The position numbers and the translations under genes are program-made. Below, one piece after another: positions 18,811 through 28,345 of a stretch of DNA of 64,000 bases. This DNA comes from a phage, in the sequence record PX880101.1; one strand, given 5' to 3'. Numbering within the stretch: position 1 is the first letter of the stretch; every line of letters begins with the position of its first letter. The notes below the pieces were generated by a model. It saw nothing but the letters and a program-made list of their open reading frames with translations, ran no database searches and had not been told where the DNA came from.

Positions 18811-19500
18811 ACAGGGGAAATATGGTGGATGTAGTTGGGTGGATTGATCAGGCAGGTAGAGTATGGAATATGTTACAAGTATGTTAAATATGGAGGATGA
18901 ATATCTGTAGGATTTGTGTGTAAAATCAAAGACTTAAGTGGTGTTGTGGTATTTTCTATAAATAATTCAAGTTTAATAGGTAATATTTGTCTCTATCCGC
19001 TTTGTGTGGTAAACAAATTCAGATGGTGTTGGTTTACAAGTGTATACATAATATACAAATTAAAGATACAAGAAACCCCCCTCCCCCTTCGGCTACCATT
19101 CACCTTTTCCTCTGACTGGTACTTAAACACTTATTCAGACTCTTCAGGTTATCACCCATATATCATATGGCAGTGACTGGTGTCCTCCGGCCCCTCTTTC
19201 GTCACCCGTCCGCTTCGCCATGCTAATGCCATAGCCAACGGTTCGGTTGTTCACCCTGTTCACTCAGGTGTATCTCCATACCCCTTCAAACCGAAGAGAA
19301 CAGAAAACCCGAATTACTCGGTAAAAGAAAAGAGAAGAACTTAATTTTATCAGGATAGGCAAGAATGTCAAGGCATGACTGCTCACTAAACAAGCAAACA
19401 GTCATGTGTGGAAGGTAAGTGATTGTGGTGGTAGGAAATTTAGTTGAAAGATGTGTTATAGGTGCGCTTCCAGCACTTTAGCCGGGCAGCTAATTGTGTG

Positions 19501-19716
19501 TCAGTCCAGCGGTTCATCCTCTACTTCACTGAAATCAATGTTCATGGTCTCTTCCCAACCATCGATCTCAGCACAAGAGTGGAGTTCTTTAGGGTTTACT
19601 CCCAAAGCCTCAGCAACAGAGTCTATATTTAACACCTCTGGCAGGTATGATTCATCGAATTCAAGGTAAATCAGGCCACGAGTGTTGTCAGCTCCACCAA
19701 ATATTTCTATCTTCAT
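19501..19716 (-). CDS. small acidic protein (N-terminus MKIEIFG resembles paralog family A)
   Basis: ORF at the distal end of the minus-strand block. Confidence 0.4.
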   Translation of the reverse strand: MKIEIFGGADNTRGLIYLEFDESYLPEVLNIDSVAEALGVNPKELHSCAEIDGWEETMNIDFSEVEDEPLD

Positions 19717-19837
19717 AAAATCTCCTCTGGAAATGAGAGTGTGAACAGGGTTTTATACGTTCTAATGCACAGGAATTATACACGTTTTCCTCTTCAGGCC
19801 ATGCTTTAGCATGAGGAACCTGTGTGGGCTCGGTGCT

Positions 19838-20050
19838 TCATAGTCTACCACCCCTGAACTCTTCGTGCTCAGGCATAATAGAGAACCAGATATCTACGAT
19901 GTCTTCCCACGTTAGGTCATCAGCCTCAGGATCTACCTGGAGCGAAGATGGAGAATCTTCAGAATCGAAGTTTTCCTCTTTCACTGGCTCAGCCAAGGGA
20001 CATATAGTCACTCCTTTGGATGTCTCTTCAGATGCATGTGTGTTTATCAT
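19838..20050 (-). CDS. small acidic protein
   Basis: ORF, Asp/Glu-rich. Confidence 0.4.
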   Translation of the reverse strand: MINTHASEETSKGVTICPLAEPVKEENFDSEDSPSSLQVDPEADDLTWEDIVDIWFSIMPEHEEFRGGRL

Positions 20051-20354
20051 GTTCCACCCGTGAGTATTCCGGCAACAGCCGCTATGGACGTAATGATCAT
20101 CAGGATCACCACTAAAACTTCGGACAATGTTCTCATTGTGTACCTCATATTCTCCAAACTATGTGTGGATACTATCACGAGAGTGGCAATGTGTCAACAG
20201 AAACGCCGCGAGGGTTTGGTTAAAATCCGAGCGTATGGTGATTTGGGTCAAAACGGACGTGCGTTCTCGCTACGCTCGAAATATGGAGTTGTTTGTAGGA
20301 AGCTCTTAAACGCTCTGTAATGAGATTATCTGTCCAAGGTATGCAATCGTGCAC

Positions 20355-20387
20355 CAGATAAAGAAAAGGACGCCACAGAGCGTCCTA
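20355..20387 (-). terminator. putative intrinsic terminator on minus strand
   Basis: Palindrome aggacgccacagagcgtcct with a T-run on the minus strand. Confidence 0.45.
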
Positions 20388-20410
20388 GGTGTCTTAAATT
20401 TGATATTTTG

Positions 20411-20722
20411 CTATACCCATGAGGGCTTATCAAGGTTGGAGTAGCTGAAAGGTGTCAAAAGGTGACTGTCAAAATCCCTCAAACTATCCAAATCTTTTTC
20501 CTCGTCCTGACACCATCTGTGCCTACATTTATTGTTGTAGTGCATGGAATGCATGGCGTTCTGCAACTTAACAGGCACAAGTGATTCAGGAGTAGATAGT
20601 ATTGTTGGGTATGCCAGAACCACCTCAAACAGTGGAAACACATCGAAACTAAAGTCTACCTCTGCAGAGGTTGATGGCATATAGGAGTATTTAGCCGCCT
20701 TTGTAGACATAATCCACCTCAC
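20411..20722 (-). CDS. hypothetical protein
   Basis: ORF. Confidence 0.45.
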   Translation of the reverse strand: MRWIMSTKAAKYSYMPSTSAEVDFSFDVFPLFEVVLAYPTILSTPESLVPVKLQNAMHSMHYNNKCRHRWCQDEEKDLDSLRDFDSHLLTPFSYSNLDKPSWV

Positions 20723-21051
20723 ACAGGTTTGATAATACCTTTACCGAATAACTCTTCGTATCTAATCTTGTCCGGATCCCACTCCTGGATAATTTCGAAG
20801 ACAATATCCAACCCAGGAACAATCACTTCTCCAGTGTCAAGCTTAGCAAGAACAAAACCGGAAGGTTGAATGGTTTCCCAGTTACGGCGATCAGAATAAA
20901 ATACTTCGAAAATATCACCAACCTCAATCCGTTTCTGTTGCTCAAGATGCTCAAGGTTCTCTTTCATACGGATGCAACGGATTTTTCGTACAGGCCATAG
21001 ACCACCTGCATCACGTTCATTCAATTCTTTTACAGTGATCGGCATACCCAT
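20719..21051 (-). CDS. hypothetical protein
   Basis: ORF overlapping neighbour by 4 nt. Confidence 0.5.
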   Translation of the reverse strand: MGMPITVKELNERDAGGLWPVRKIRCIRMKENLEHLEQQKRIEVGDIFEVFYSDRRNWETIQPSGFVLAKLDTGEVIVPGLDIVFEIIQEWDPDKIRYEELFGKGIIKPV

Positions 21052-21106
21052 CTCAAATCTCCTTCATAGATAGTAAAAAGAGGGGCCTAAGCCCCCCTCT
21101 TTGTCA

Positions 21107-21412
21107 TTATTCTACAGAGCGTTTGAACAGAATGTCTGCCTCAGACATGTGCTCAACCTCTTCTTCGATTTTAGCTCGACGTTTTTCAGCCTCATATCGA
21201 ATATCGAACTCGGTAGCCACCAAAGATTTGATGAATTTAGGAGAATACAGATGATCCTGCTTCTCAACAAGAATGATATCCTTGATGGCATCTTTCAGAT
21301 CTTTAATCTGAAGCTGGAGTTCCACCAGTTCTTCGATTGTTTTGCGAAGGCGATCACGTTCTGCAGTGTCAGAAGGAAGAGAGGTGAACAGTTCAACTTT
21401 AGATTTAGCCAT
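21107..21412 (-). CDS. coiled-coil protein
   Basis: Heptad-like charged/hydrophobic pattern. Confidence 0.45.
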   Translation of the reverse strand: MAKSKVELFTSLPSDTAERDRLRKTIEELVELQLQIKDLKDAIKDIILVEKQDHLYSPKFIKSLVATEFDIRYEAEKRRAKIEEEVEHMSEADILFKRSVE

Positions 21413-21440
21413 AGTAAGAGTCTCCTTATGTTGTTTTAAA

Positions 21441-21758
21441 TTAACGTTCTACAAAAATACCGTTCAGTTCAATAACCAGGAATTTCTGGTCTTCACTATC
21501 GTCTCGTGCCAGCACCTCACAGACGTATCGGTCATCCCCATCATCATCGCAGTCAAATACAAGACTGAGGACTTTATCATGATAAACCTTCGCCACTACC
21601 GCCTCATAAGTATTGCCGATTGTGAATCCAAGATAATCTCCGATGCATTTGACAACAACATGGTCGCCAGCATTCAAGTCAATCTTCGTCATTACTGCGC
21701 TCCTTGGGTAATAATACTGTATGTAAAACTTTAACCAGAGATGTGAATAACGCCCCAA
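21441..21758 (-). CDS. hypothetical protein
   Basis: ORF. Confidence 0.45.
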   Translation of the reverse strand: MGRYSHLWLKFYIQYYYPRSAVMTKIDLNAGDHVVVKCIGDYLGFTIGNTYEAVVAKVYHDKVLSLVFDCDDDGDDRYVCEVLARDDSEDQKFLVIELNGIFVER

Positions 21759-21847
21759 AACACACCGATAGCGCTAAAACAGACAAGGCCATCATTAAAG
21801 CTTCAGTAAAATCAGTCACTCCTCACCTCTTGTTAGTCACTATACTG

Positions 21848-22111
21848 TCATTTATCCTTGCCGTCAAGAACTTTTTTAAATCTTTCAGGAATATCACCTG
21901 TTCTTAGATAGTTCATGACCTCACAAGGTTCCCACTTGAATTTCTTACAAAGCAGGGCGGCTGAGATTGTTTCATTGCGAAAAGAAAGGATATTAATATC
22001 CCATTCTGAGAACCCCAACTTCCGAAGGGTAGCTACAGAAATCCTCACCGCAACCCAGCAGCAAAAACATGCAACAAACGCCACTGCTATAACCCACATC
22101 AGGATGTTCAT
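21848..22111 (-). CDS. small membrane protein
   Basis: N-terminal TM segment ILMWVIAVAFVACFCCWVAV. Confidence 0.45.
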   Translation of the reverse strand: MNILMWVIAVAFVACFCCWVAVRISVATLRKLGFSEWDINILSFRNETISAALLCKKFKWEPCEVMNYLRTGDIPERFKKVLDGKDK

Positions 22112-22200
22112 ACAAGCACCTCACTGAAATACAAGACACAGTGTTAAGGTTACTGACCAGCAAATAATTAACAGTACCGTTGCAACCTTGGCAAGATTTA

Positions 22201-22488
22201 TCATAGTGCCTCTAAGATTTCATATCCTTCGGGTCGGAATACAAGCCACTCCGTGGCTCCGTTTGGTCGATACGCTTTATACAGAACAACCTGGTCTCGG
22301 CACATGCACATGGCTACATAGTTTTCATCCACACCTGCAGCCTGCATTGCATCTTCTTCTCCGGCAACTGCTTTGCTTACAACTTCCTTGGTAGGCAGGT
22401 GTGCGATCAGCTCGTCACCATCATTAATTCCAAAATGGCTGAGTTCGCCGTTGGTATCTTTAATCTTAATCTTAACCAGATCTTTCAT
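22201..22488 (-). CDS. hypothetical protein
   Basis: ORF; start overlaps upstream stop. Confidence 0.5.
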   Translation of the reverse strand: MKDLVKIKIKDTNGELSHFGINDGDELIAHLPTKEVVSKAVAGEEDAMQAAGVDENYVAMCMCRDQVVLYKAYRPNGATEWLVFRPEGYEILEAL

Positions 22489-22817
22489 TAGTCTTCCCCC
22501 AGGTTCAAAGGTCCTAAGATTTCATATGCCAGATTAGAAGTTACAAGAGGGTCTTCTGCGTCTTTAGTATTATACCACCCGTGAATAACCAGAGTCCCAC
22601 TTTGTTTCATGTCCAACTGGAACTCTTCTGCCGTTTCCTCATCCAGCTCCAAGATTTCCATAAGGTATTTGATGTTAGGGAGGTATGCAGCTGTTACAGT
22701 CCCCTCTACCAGACCTTCAGGCCAACCTACATCTGGATGACAAGTAGGAACCAGGTTGGTCAGCTTAATGGTGTACGCTTTTTCTGCACGAGCCTTCAGT
22801 AACGGGTCAATCTTCAT
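22488..22817 (-). CDS. hypothetical protein
   Basis: ORF; coupled to neighbours. Confidence 0.5.
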   Translation of the reverse strand: MKIDPLLKARAEKAYTIKLTNLVPTCHPDVGWPEGLVEGTVTAAYLPNIKYLMEILELDEETAEEFQLDMKQSGTLVIHGWYNTKDAEDPLVTSNLAYEILGPLNLGED

Positions 22818-23167
22818 TATTCGTCCTCCTCTTCGGTACCTGCTTCCAGTAATAAGTTAAGAATATCTTCTGCACAAGGCTCATAGAACTCTTGGCCTTC
22901 ATTATCGATGATTTTATAGTCATCTCCACGAATAATCAGGGGATCACTCTCAAAATTATCGAGACCTTTAACAACGACAACACGATCGATTGCCATCATT
23001 GTAAGAACTTTATCGACATCTTCCTCTGCTACACCATACTGCAGCAGAATGTCTTTGGTAGGAGGAACAGCATCCACCACAACACCGTTACCAAAACCTT
23101 CCGGGAGTTTAGCTAAAATATCTTCCGGAACCACATTCACATCAAAACCAGTAATTTCTACTTTCAT
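22817..23167 (-). CDS. small acidic protein (family A-like MKVEITG N-terminus)
   Basis: ORF; acidic C-terminus. Confidence 0.5.
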   Translation of the reverse strand: MKVEITGFDVNVVPEDILAKLPEGFGNGVVVDAVPPTKDILLQYGVAEEDVDKVLTMMAIDRVVVVKGLDNFESDPLIIRGDDYKIIDNEGQEFYEPCAEDILNLLLEAGTEEEDE

Positions 23168-23428
23168 TTACAGCACCTCTTCGTCAACTACTTCATAAAA
23201 ATGGCTTGGGATTGCAATAGCGTTCTCACCTTCACCCAAGAACACTGTCCCACTAACGATTAACATTAGAAGAACGTCTGCGATACCTTCCTCGGGGACG
23301 TTGCCAAAACCTTTGATCAGCTCGTAGGTTGGAATATTTACCTCTAAGATGTCACCATCTTTAGAACGGAAATCAACACCGTCCTGAATCTCTGCCGTTT
23401 CAAGGTTTTTCAATTTAATCTTCATCAA
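23168..23428 (-). CDS. paralog family A small acidic protein
   Basis: N-terminus MMKIKLKNL and C-terminus YEVVDEEVL shared with other family members. Confidence 0.5.
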   Translation of the reverse strand: MMKIKLKNLETAEIQDGVDFRSKDGDILEVNIPTYELIKGFGNVPEEGIADVLLMLIVSGTVFLGEGENAIAIPSHFYEVVDEEVL

Positions 23429-23504
23429 TCGGTCTCCTGTCTTGTTAAGATGAAGGTATTATTTCACACAGGGTTGGCGTTGTCAACACCTGTGTGCAAG
23501 AAAA

Positions 23505-23900
23505 TTACTGAAACAGTGCAGATAAATTACCTTCTGGTGGGAACTTATCTGCCAAAAACGGTGTTAGCACAGTAGCCTTCTGAAGATCTGGGGTCCACTC
23601 GTTGTTCAGAACATCCCAGTAGTACGCAATATTGCTGTGTGGGTGCCGCATTACGAACTTTTTCCCTTCGTAGTCATCTGAAACCTCTACAGAAGAAATA
23701 ACAACAGAATCTTCAAGGGTTTCTTCATAGAAAGATCCACCTTCAAATTTCCAACGAGATGCAAGAGCCCCTGCCTTGAACGCTGCAGATAACGGACTGT
23801 CGGCAAGAACATACATTTCTTGCACTCTGTCGCTGCGATCTTTGCTTCTTACGTTGTATACAGTATCTGAGCTATACTCAACACGGTATAGGCTTACCAT
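23505..23900 (-). CDS. paralog family B protein
   Basis: Shares AFKAGALASRWKFEGG and HPHSNIAYYWDVLNNEWTP with ORF 25712-26110. Confidence 0.5.
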   Translation of the reverse strand: MVSLYRVEYSSDTVYNVRSKDRSDRVQEMYVLADSPLSAAFKAGALASRWKFEGGSFYEETLEDSVVISSVEVSDDYEGKKFVMRHPHSNIAYYWDVLNNEWTPDLQKATVLTPFLADKFPPEGNLSALFQ

Positions 23901-24259
23901 TACCGCACCTCCTCAATAACTTCCACATCTGAACCTACCACAAATGCAAAAGGACAGGTTTCATGAAAGATATCCGGATCGCCGCCAAGCTTGCTAACAA
24001 TTTCTCCACCACTAATAAACACAAGCTCACCGATATTCATCAGATTGCTGAAATAGTACCCATAATGATTAAAGAATGCAGCAGGGTCAGGTAGACTAGT
24101 AGCCTCAAGCACTACATCGGTTGAGGTTACTTTCTTATCATAACCTCTCGCCTTTTGAGATGCAAGATCTGCAGAATCCTCAGGAGACCGGAGATGCACA
24201 GGAATTGTTTCACCAATAAAGCGTACTTTCATATTATCACCCAACAACCATAGCTTCAA
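23900..24259 (-). CDS. hypothetical protein with family A-like C-terminus (VGSDVEVIEEVR)
   Basis: ORF; C-terminal motif shared. Confidence 0.5.
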   Translation of the reverse strand: MKLWLLGDNMKVRFIGETIPVHLRSPEDSADLASQKARGYDKKVTSTDVVLEATSLPDPAAFFNHYGYYFSNLMNIGELVFISGGEIVSKLGGDPDIFHETCPFAFVVGSDVEVIEEVR

Positions 24260-24500
24260 AAGGAGTCATGAACGAATAAACGGCATCATCATCTGCTTCA
24301 GGGAATGCTCCCAAAGACTTCATGTCTGAGCCCTTGACAAATACAAGGTTTTGATCAAAAGCTTCTTGGGGGTCAATCCGATACATATTTCGTAGAATAT
24401 CGCTTACCTCCTCATCAAGAGGTGAGTATGCTGTGCACGTTTTTCCGATCAAGCTTTGAGAATCAGGGTAGCCACCTGAAGTTTTAAAATAAACAATCAT
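24237..24500 (-). CDS. hypothetical protein
   Basis: ORF. Confidence 0.45.
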   Translation of the reverse strand: MIVYFKTSGGYPDSQSLIGKTCTAYSPLDEEVSDILRNMYRIDPQEAFDQNLVFVKGSDMKSLGAFPEADDDAVYSFMTPFEAMVVG

Positions 24501-24591
24501 ATAGTATCACCTCTGGTAAGAGATTGGGATTCCTTTCCCATAAATAATTACAAATCTTCCTTAGCGAGGAAGTATGCTAATCCAAGCAGGA

Positions 24592-24861
24592 TTATTCCTC
24601 TACAATCTCATACACATCAGGAGTTACAATCAACTCTTCTCCATTACCAGGTGCAACAAACACCACCAAACCCTCAGGTGTGTGCTTTTTAGCCATCTCG
24701 ATAACATCTTCTCGCAGAGCTGGCTCCATCAGATCAAAACCTTCACCCAGGGCATCACGAACCACCTTCATATAGTCCACTGGTTGTGCTTCAACAATCA
24801 TGCCTTCAACCAGACCACAATTTTTGTCTGCCAGCTCAGTTTTGAATAATTTAATTTTCAT
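24592..24861 (-). CDS. paralog family A small acidic protein
   Basis: MKIKLFKTEL...PDVYEIVEE. Confidence 0.5.
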   Translation of the reverse strand: MKIKLFKTELADKNCGLVEGMIVEAQPVDYMKVVRDALGEGFDLMEPALREDVIEMAKKHTPEGLVVFVAPGNGEELIVTPDVYEIVEE

Positions 24862-24998
24862 TTAGAGGTCTCCTCAATTATTTGATATTAATAGCCGTAA
24901 CCTAACACATTAACTACAACTGCGATTGCAAACATAATTTCAAAGCATGCAATCTCTACATTTGGGACTAATTTCTTAATCACACCCATTGTAGCACC

Positions 24999-25319
24999 TC
25001 ATTCTCCAAAGTCAATCTTTACTTTGCCTTTCCCCTTACCTTTCTTTCCACCGCATTTAGCCAGCTGACGTGCTGCAACATCTACCATACGGTCAGTTGC
25101 CTCGTAAGCATCACTGCCTTTAGCCTTGGCAATAACTTCTTTTCCAGAATTGTCAAAAATGAACGCCATAACTTCCTGGTGATCATTTTCAACTTTTACA
25201 CTCACACGTGCATAGTTAACAGAGGGATGTAAACGCTCCAGCTTGGACATTTTGCGGGAAATAAAAGATACCATACCTTCTGTGATTTCTACATTGTTGC
25301 CAGTGATTTCAATTTGCAT
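24999..25319 (-). CDS. hpf: ribosome hibernation promoting factor / RaiA-like protein
   Basis: MQIEITGNNVEITEG...KLE...VSVKVE...AKG.DAYEA.D...ARQL closely resembles the E. coli HPF N-terminal signature as recalled from memory; Lys/Gly-rich tail. Confidence 0.65.
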   Translation of the reverse strand: MQIEITGNNVEITEGMVSFISRKMSKLERLHPSVNYARVSVKVENDHQEVMAFIFDNSGKEVIAKAKGSDAYEATDRMVDVAARQLAKCGGKKGKGKGKVKIDFGE

Positions 25320-25403
25320 AACGTGTTCCTTTTAAGGAAGAGGGAATAACTATCTCTCTTTGAAAACAATGATACTAAATCTGAAGCGTTGTGTCAACAG
25401 TTT

Positions 25404-25694
25404 TTACAGCTTGTTGTCGATAGTTTTTAAAATATCCACAGCAAGATCTGCCATTTTTCGAACATACTCTGCAAACTCAACAGGATCCTTGATCAAAGAA
25501 TTCACAGGGTCGTACCCTAGAGCGTTTAAAATGGCTGCAGCATCTACAACCTTCTCATCATTTGCGAAGATCTCTCCGTCAAACTTGTAGGTCCATTTTG
25601 AGTCAACCTTAGCAGAGCAGGGTTTGTCCATGCTTGTTACACCATCGTCTTTAAACTCTCCTGCGTTATCAATATTTAGAATTAAATCCATCAT
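25404..25694 (-). CDS. hypothetical protein
   Basis: ORF. Confidence 0.45.
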   Translation of the reverse strand: MMDLILNIDNAGEFKDDGVTSMDKPCSAKVDSKWTYKFDGEIFANDEKVVDAAAILNALGYDPVNSLIKDPVEFAEYVRKMADLAVDILKTIDNKL

Positions 25695-25711
25695 GGTGAC
25701 ACCTCACTGTT

Positions 25712-26110
25712 TCAGTTTAGCTTTTCTTCAACAACCCCATAACTTGGGGCAGAGTCAAGAGCTTTCTGGTTTAAAAGTGGCGTAGCAGAATCTGCAAACG
25801 GTGTCCAAGTTTTTGTTCTGGCATTCCAGTAATGCTTCACTCTGGAATCTGGATGCACTATAACAAAAACTTTTTCACTTGTCAACACATTAATTTCTTC
25901 TACACCCTTGCTGATAATTTCTCCGTCATAGCCCCCAGTCTGGTATCCTTCGTACCAGGTTCTTGCATAGGCATAGCCAGCCTGCCAGCATGCAGCCTCC
26001 TCCGAGGTGGAGACTACGTAGAAGTCTTTCTCAAATTCCGGAATACGCCCTTGCTTTACGCTCCAAGCTCCGCGAATTTTCATTGTTACTTTGAAAAGCT
26101 TGTTCTTCAT
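25712..26110 (-). CDS. paralog family B protein
   Basis: Shares CWQAGYAYARTWYEGY and HPDSRVKHYWNARTKTWTP with ORF 23505-23900. Confidence 0.5.
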   Translation of the reverse strand: MKNKLFKVTMKIRGAWSVKQGRIPEFEKDFYVVSTSEEAACWQAGYAYARTWYEGYQTGGYDGEIISKGVEEINVLTSEKVFVIVHPDSRVKHYWNARTKTWTPFADSATPLLNQKALDSAPSYGVVEEKLN

Positions 26111-26111
26111 A

Positions 26112-26366
26112 CTACCGCTCTACAATCTCTACGTCTGTTCCTACACCGAAGGCATAGTAATGTTCTTCCCCAAAGTAATACTTGGGGACACCCGCTTTGA
26201 TCAGATCTAACCCGCGAATAAATACCACACCGTGTGATACAGTGGAATGCTTCTGACGCACAGGATCGTTGTCAGGCAACCATTCAAAGTACACCGCAGG
26301 TACAACCTTTCCCTTCAGGAAGGATTGTCCCAAGTAGACGTTAGAATCAAGAATTTTAACCTTCAT
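26112..26366 (-). CDS. paralog family A small acidic protein
   Basis: MKVKILDSNVYLGQ...GTDVEIVER. Confidence 0.55.
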   Translation of the reverse strand: MKVKILDSNVYLGQSFLKGKVVPAVYFEWLPDNDPVRQKHSTVSHGVVFIRGLDLIKAGVPKYYFGEEHYYAFGVGTDVEIVER

Positions 26367-26583
26367 TCTCGTCCTCCACTATCTCTACATCCTCACCAAG
26401 GGCAAAGTTGTAGGTCCACTGGCTGTCAAAGCAGTCCTGAGATGCACCAGCGGCAATAAGATCTGCACCTTTTATTTTTAAAAGGTCAGGATAATCTTCG
26501 TTAGGGATAGCGGTAAACACTTTCCCCACTAAGGGCTCCTGACCAATATAGAAGCTTGAATCTAAAACTTTAACTTTCATCAA
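26356..26583 (-). CDS. paralog family A small acidic protein
   Basis: MMKVKVLDSSFYIGQ...GEDVEIVEDENEG; tandem with 26112-26366. Confidence 0.55.
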   Translation of the reverse strand: MMKVKVLDSSFYIGQEPLVGKVFTAIPNEDYPDLLKIKGADLIAAGASQDCFDSQWTYNFALGEDVEIVEDENEG

Positions 26584-26867
26584 CGGTCTCCCTCAGGCGG
26601 TTGTGGGACGTAAACACTGTTACGAATATCGTCAGCAGTGTAGTAATAAGTGGTTCCAACCCTATCTCGGGCTGCAATGTACTCTGCTATACCAACAAGT
26701 GCCATTGATTTGGTGGCGTATCTTCCCCACTCGTTAGCTCCCCAGTAGAATTTAGACCAGTAGGGAATAAGACCGAACAAATATACCTTTTGACGAACTT
26801 CCCAGTAAGTGCCTTTTCCGACAAGTTTAAACTCTACTTCACTACTGTTAATCTTTTTCATTATCAA
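26580..26867 (-). CDS. hypothetical protein
   Basis: ORF; 4 nt overlap with neighbours. Confidence 0.45.
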   Translation of the reverse strand: MIMKKINSSEVEFKLVGKGTYWEVRQKVYLFGLIPYWSKFYWGANEWGRYATKSMALVGIAEYIAARDRVGTTYYYTADDIRNSVYVPQPPEGDR

Positions 26868-27160
26868 TCTCCCTCTACCGTGGTCGGATTGTCAGTAAGA
26901 AATTGAGCATTGGCTGGAGGCACGCCTGACATTTTCCACACAACCATAAGTTTATAACCAGGCACTCTATTAAGTGCAGATCGAGTAGAGTTTGTGCACG
27001 TATACTTTCGCTTTCCAAACCCGTTCTCCATCATAATCCAGTACCCAGTATCTTTGTCACCAGGTATCGGTAGACCACCTTCATCAACCCACTGAATTGA
27101 CCACGGCACGATGGCTACAGCTTTATATTTAAACTTTTTAAACCACTCAAAAAGTTTCAT
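26864..27160 (-). CDS. hypothetical protein
   Basis: ORF. Confidence 0.45.
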   Translation of the reverse strand: MKLFEWFKKFKYKAVAIVPWSIQWVDEGGLPIPGDKDTGYWIMMENGFGKRKYTCTNSTRSALNRVPGYKLMVVWKMSGVPPANAQFLTDNPTTVEGD

Positions 27161-27255
27161 AATTCAGCCCCGCATAGACATAATCACTATAAACAGGCAA
27201 ACAATGAATCCGAATGCCACGCCACCCATAAACGTTAATATTGATGCAATCATAG

Positions 27256-27519
27256 TCAATCAGCCTCGCCTGGCAACTCTTCTACCTTAACATGCCGAAA
27301 AGTGTTACCGTAATGGTTGATCCATGACATCAGCTCACTTTCTTGCTCTTCCTCTGGGATGAACTCTCGAATACTGACAAGTTTTAAGAAAACCCAATCA
27401 CAATCTGCACCCATTCTACCAGACAGACAATAGTGCTTCATAAAAACCCTCCCGCCCGGTTTAGAATATTGCTTCTTCCATTGCGCCTGAGAGCAACAAA
27501 GAGGCAATCTGGCTAACAT
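27256..27519 (-). CDS. hypothetical protein
   Basis: ORF. Confidence 0.4.
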   Translation of the reverse strand: MLARLPLCCSQAQWKKQYSKPGGRVFMKHYCLSGRMGADCDWVFLKLVSIREFIPEEEQESELMSWINHYGNTFRHVKVEELPGEAD

Positions 27520-27651
27520 TCATCTCAGACTCTACTTCCTCCCCTTTGAAAGGTTCGCGGCAGAATAGGACTGTTTCAGGACTTTTACTTCGAACAATAT
27601 AATACAAATCATTCAATGTGTTGTAGTAATAAGTGTTAAAACGTAAGTTTT

Positions 27652-27939
27652 TCATTTTCTAGTCCCCTTCTTAGATTTTTGTGCAGAAACGCTTTCTGCA
27701 ATACGAGACAGGCGTTCTTCTGAAGCTTTACCTATCCCAGGTTTCTTGAGCGGGTTATCTTTATGACCGCAATCCAATTGGATATTGGATACCTCCCCAA
27801 TCTTGTAAGTCAATTCTAGCAAAAGGTTGTCGTCCTTGTCAAATGTTTTTACGATAAATTTTTTATCGTTCTCCTGAACTTCATATCTGGTACCTGCAGT
27901 ATACAGCATGGTGCCATCAGCATAGGATATCCAGATCAT
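27652..27939 (-). CDS. hypothetical protein
   Basis: ORF. Confidence 0.45.
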   Translation of the reverse strand: MIWISYADGTMLYTAGTRYEVQENDKKFIVKTFDKDDNLLLELTYKIGEVSNIQLDCGHKDNPLKKPGIGKASEERLSRIAESVSAQKSKKGTRK

Positions 27940-28283
27940 TGAGCCTCCTTTTGCTGCAACAGCATTAACTCTTTGTTAGAGATCTTTACTGCTGTTTTTA
28001 TTGTTCCATCTTCACGAAACCACGACCAGAACTCTACAGTGTCACCACTATCAAGTAAAGCATACCCATGGTAAAAATCTTTGTCCTTAGACAGTTTCTC
28101 ATCGATATCTGCATCGACACATTCGTGATCCATAGCATTTTGCCTGAACGCATCGGTTATGCCAATGCACGCCTTGCTCTCAAGACTGGTATATCCGATA
28201 TCTTTTAATTCAGTTTCCCAAGTCCAGTACCCTATAAAAGCTAAAACAGCTACCCACAGTAATAACGTTTTAATCTTTGGCAT
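27936..28283 (-). CDS. membrane-anchored or secreted protein
   Basis: N-terminal signal/anchor IKTLLLWVAVLAFIGYW. Confidence 0.45.
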   Translation of the reverse strand: MPKIKTLLLWVAVLAFIGYWTWETELKDIGYTSLESKACIGITDAFRQNAMDHECVDADIDEKLSKDKDFYHGYALLDSGDTVEFWSWFREDGTIKTAVKISNKELMLLQQKEAQ

Positions 28284-28345
28284 TCTCTCTACCTCTTTCT
28301 TAGTTTATTTCACTATGGCACATCCTTTGTGCCATATCTCAACTA

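Noticed and set aside
18916-19176. 86 aa plus-strand ORF in the large non-coding region
   Set aside because: No RBS or promoter, low-complexity translation, embedded in repeat-rich DNA.
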